Below are positions 63,763-64,000 of a stretch of 64,000 bases of DNA, piece after piece (the stretch's first letter is position 1; every line of letters starts with the position of its first letter). Below the pieces are notes generated by a model. It had not been told where the DNA came from. It ran no database searches and was given only the letters and a program-made list of their open reading frames with translations. A program made the translations under genes and the position numbers. The stretch is taken from NCBI GenBank assembly GCA_963804645.1, contig CAWDRG010000005.1, positions 192,001 through 256,000 of the forward strand, read 5' to 3'. The DNA comes from an uncultured Bacillota bacterium (GTDB lineage Bacteria; Sysuimicrobiota; Sysuimicrobiia; Sysuimicrobiales; Segetimicrobiaceae).

Positions 63763-64000
63763 TCATCCCTTGATGCCGGTCGCGGCGATCCCGCTGACGA
63801 GATACCGCTGCAGGACGGCGAACACGATCGTGAGCGGCACCATGGTCAAGACCGTGAGGGCCAGGAGGGAGTTCCAATCGGTCACGAGCGATCCGCTGAA
63901 CTGGGCGAGCCCGAGCTGCAACGTGTACAGGTTCGGATTGTTGATCACGATCAGCGGCCAGAGGAAGTCGTTCCACCGCCACACCACCGAGAAGATGGCG
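63763..64000 (-). CDS. Carbohydrate ABC permease (MalG-like), 5'-partial
   Basis: WNDFLWPLIV, TLQLGL, QRYLVSGIAATGIKG. Confidence 0.9.
   Translation of the reverse strand, partial: AIFSVVWRWNDFLWPLIVINNPNLYTLQLGLAQFSGSLVTDWNSLLALTVLTMVPLTIVFAVLQRYLVSGIAATGIKG

Overview
High-GC bacterial chromosomal window, probably from a Terrabacteria-like lineage (PASTA kinase, SufU, Bacillus-type branched-chain keto-acid dehydrogenase); finer taxonomy cannot be fixed from sequence alone. The first ~4.7 kb is a three-layer mobile nest that the ORF track hides. (1) The 3' end of a DDE transposase gene with a bipartite terminal repeat abuts a second, inverted IS-like end. (2) A group II intron (~656-4671, minus strand, 7-bp EBS1/IBS1 match, RT motif WADD) is inserted in that second end. 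(3) A second group II intron (988-3054, non-canonical 5' GCGUG, RT motif YCDD) is inserted in the first intron's RT gene at the GWLNY|FRIGN motif; removing it restores an intact 433-aa RT (a twintron). The rest is mostly housekeeping: split MetE, iscA/nfu, MoeZ, lipA plus 2-oxoacid dehydrogenase, def, an ECF/anti-sigma/subtilase islet, a polytopic Mo-oxidoreductase, an isolated nuoB-D-I-C cluster, sufCBD-Rieske-sufSU, pyrE, a PASTA kinase, a degenerate MNT-HEPN fusion, gltB behind a ykkC-type (probably ppGpp) riboswitch, a peptidoglycan-recycling cluster, aldehyde dehydrogenase, and the end of a sugar-utilisation operon with an unknown 895-aa protein and a class IV PLP-fold protein lacking the Schiff-base lysine. 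No rRNA, tRNA or CRISPR array was seen.
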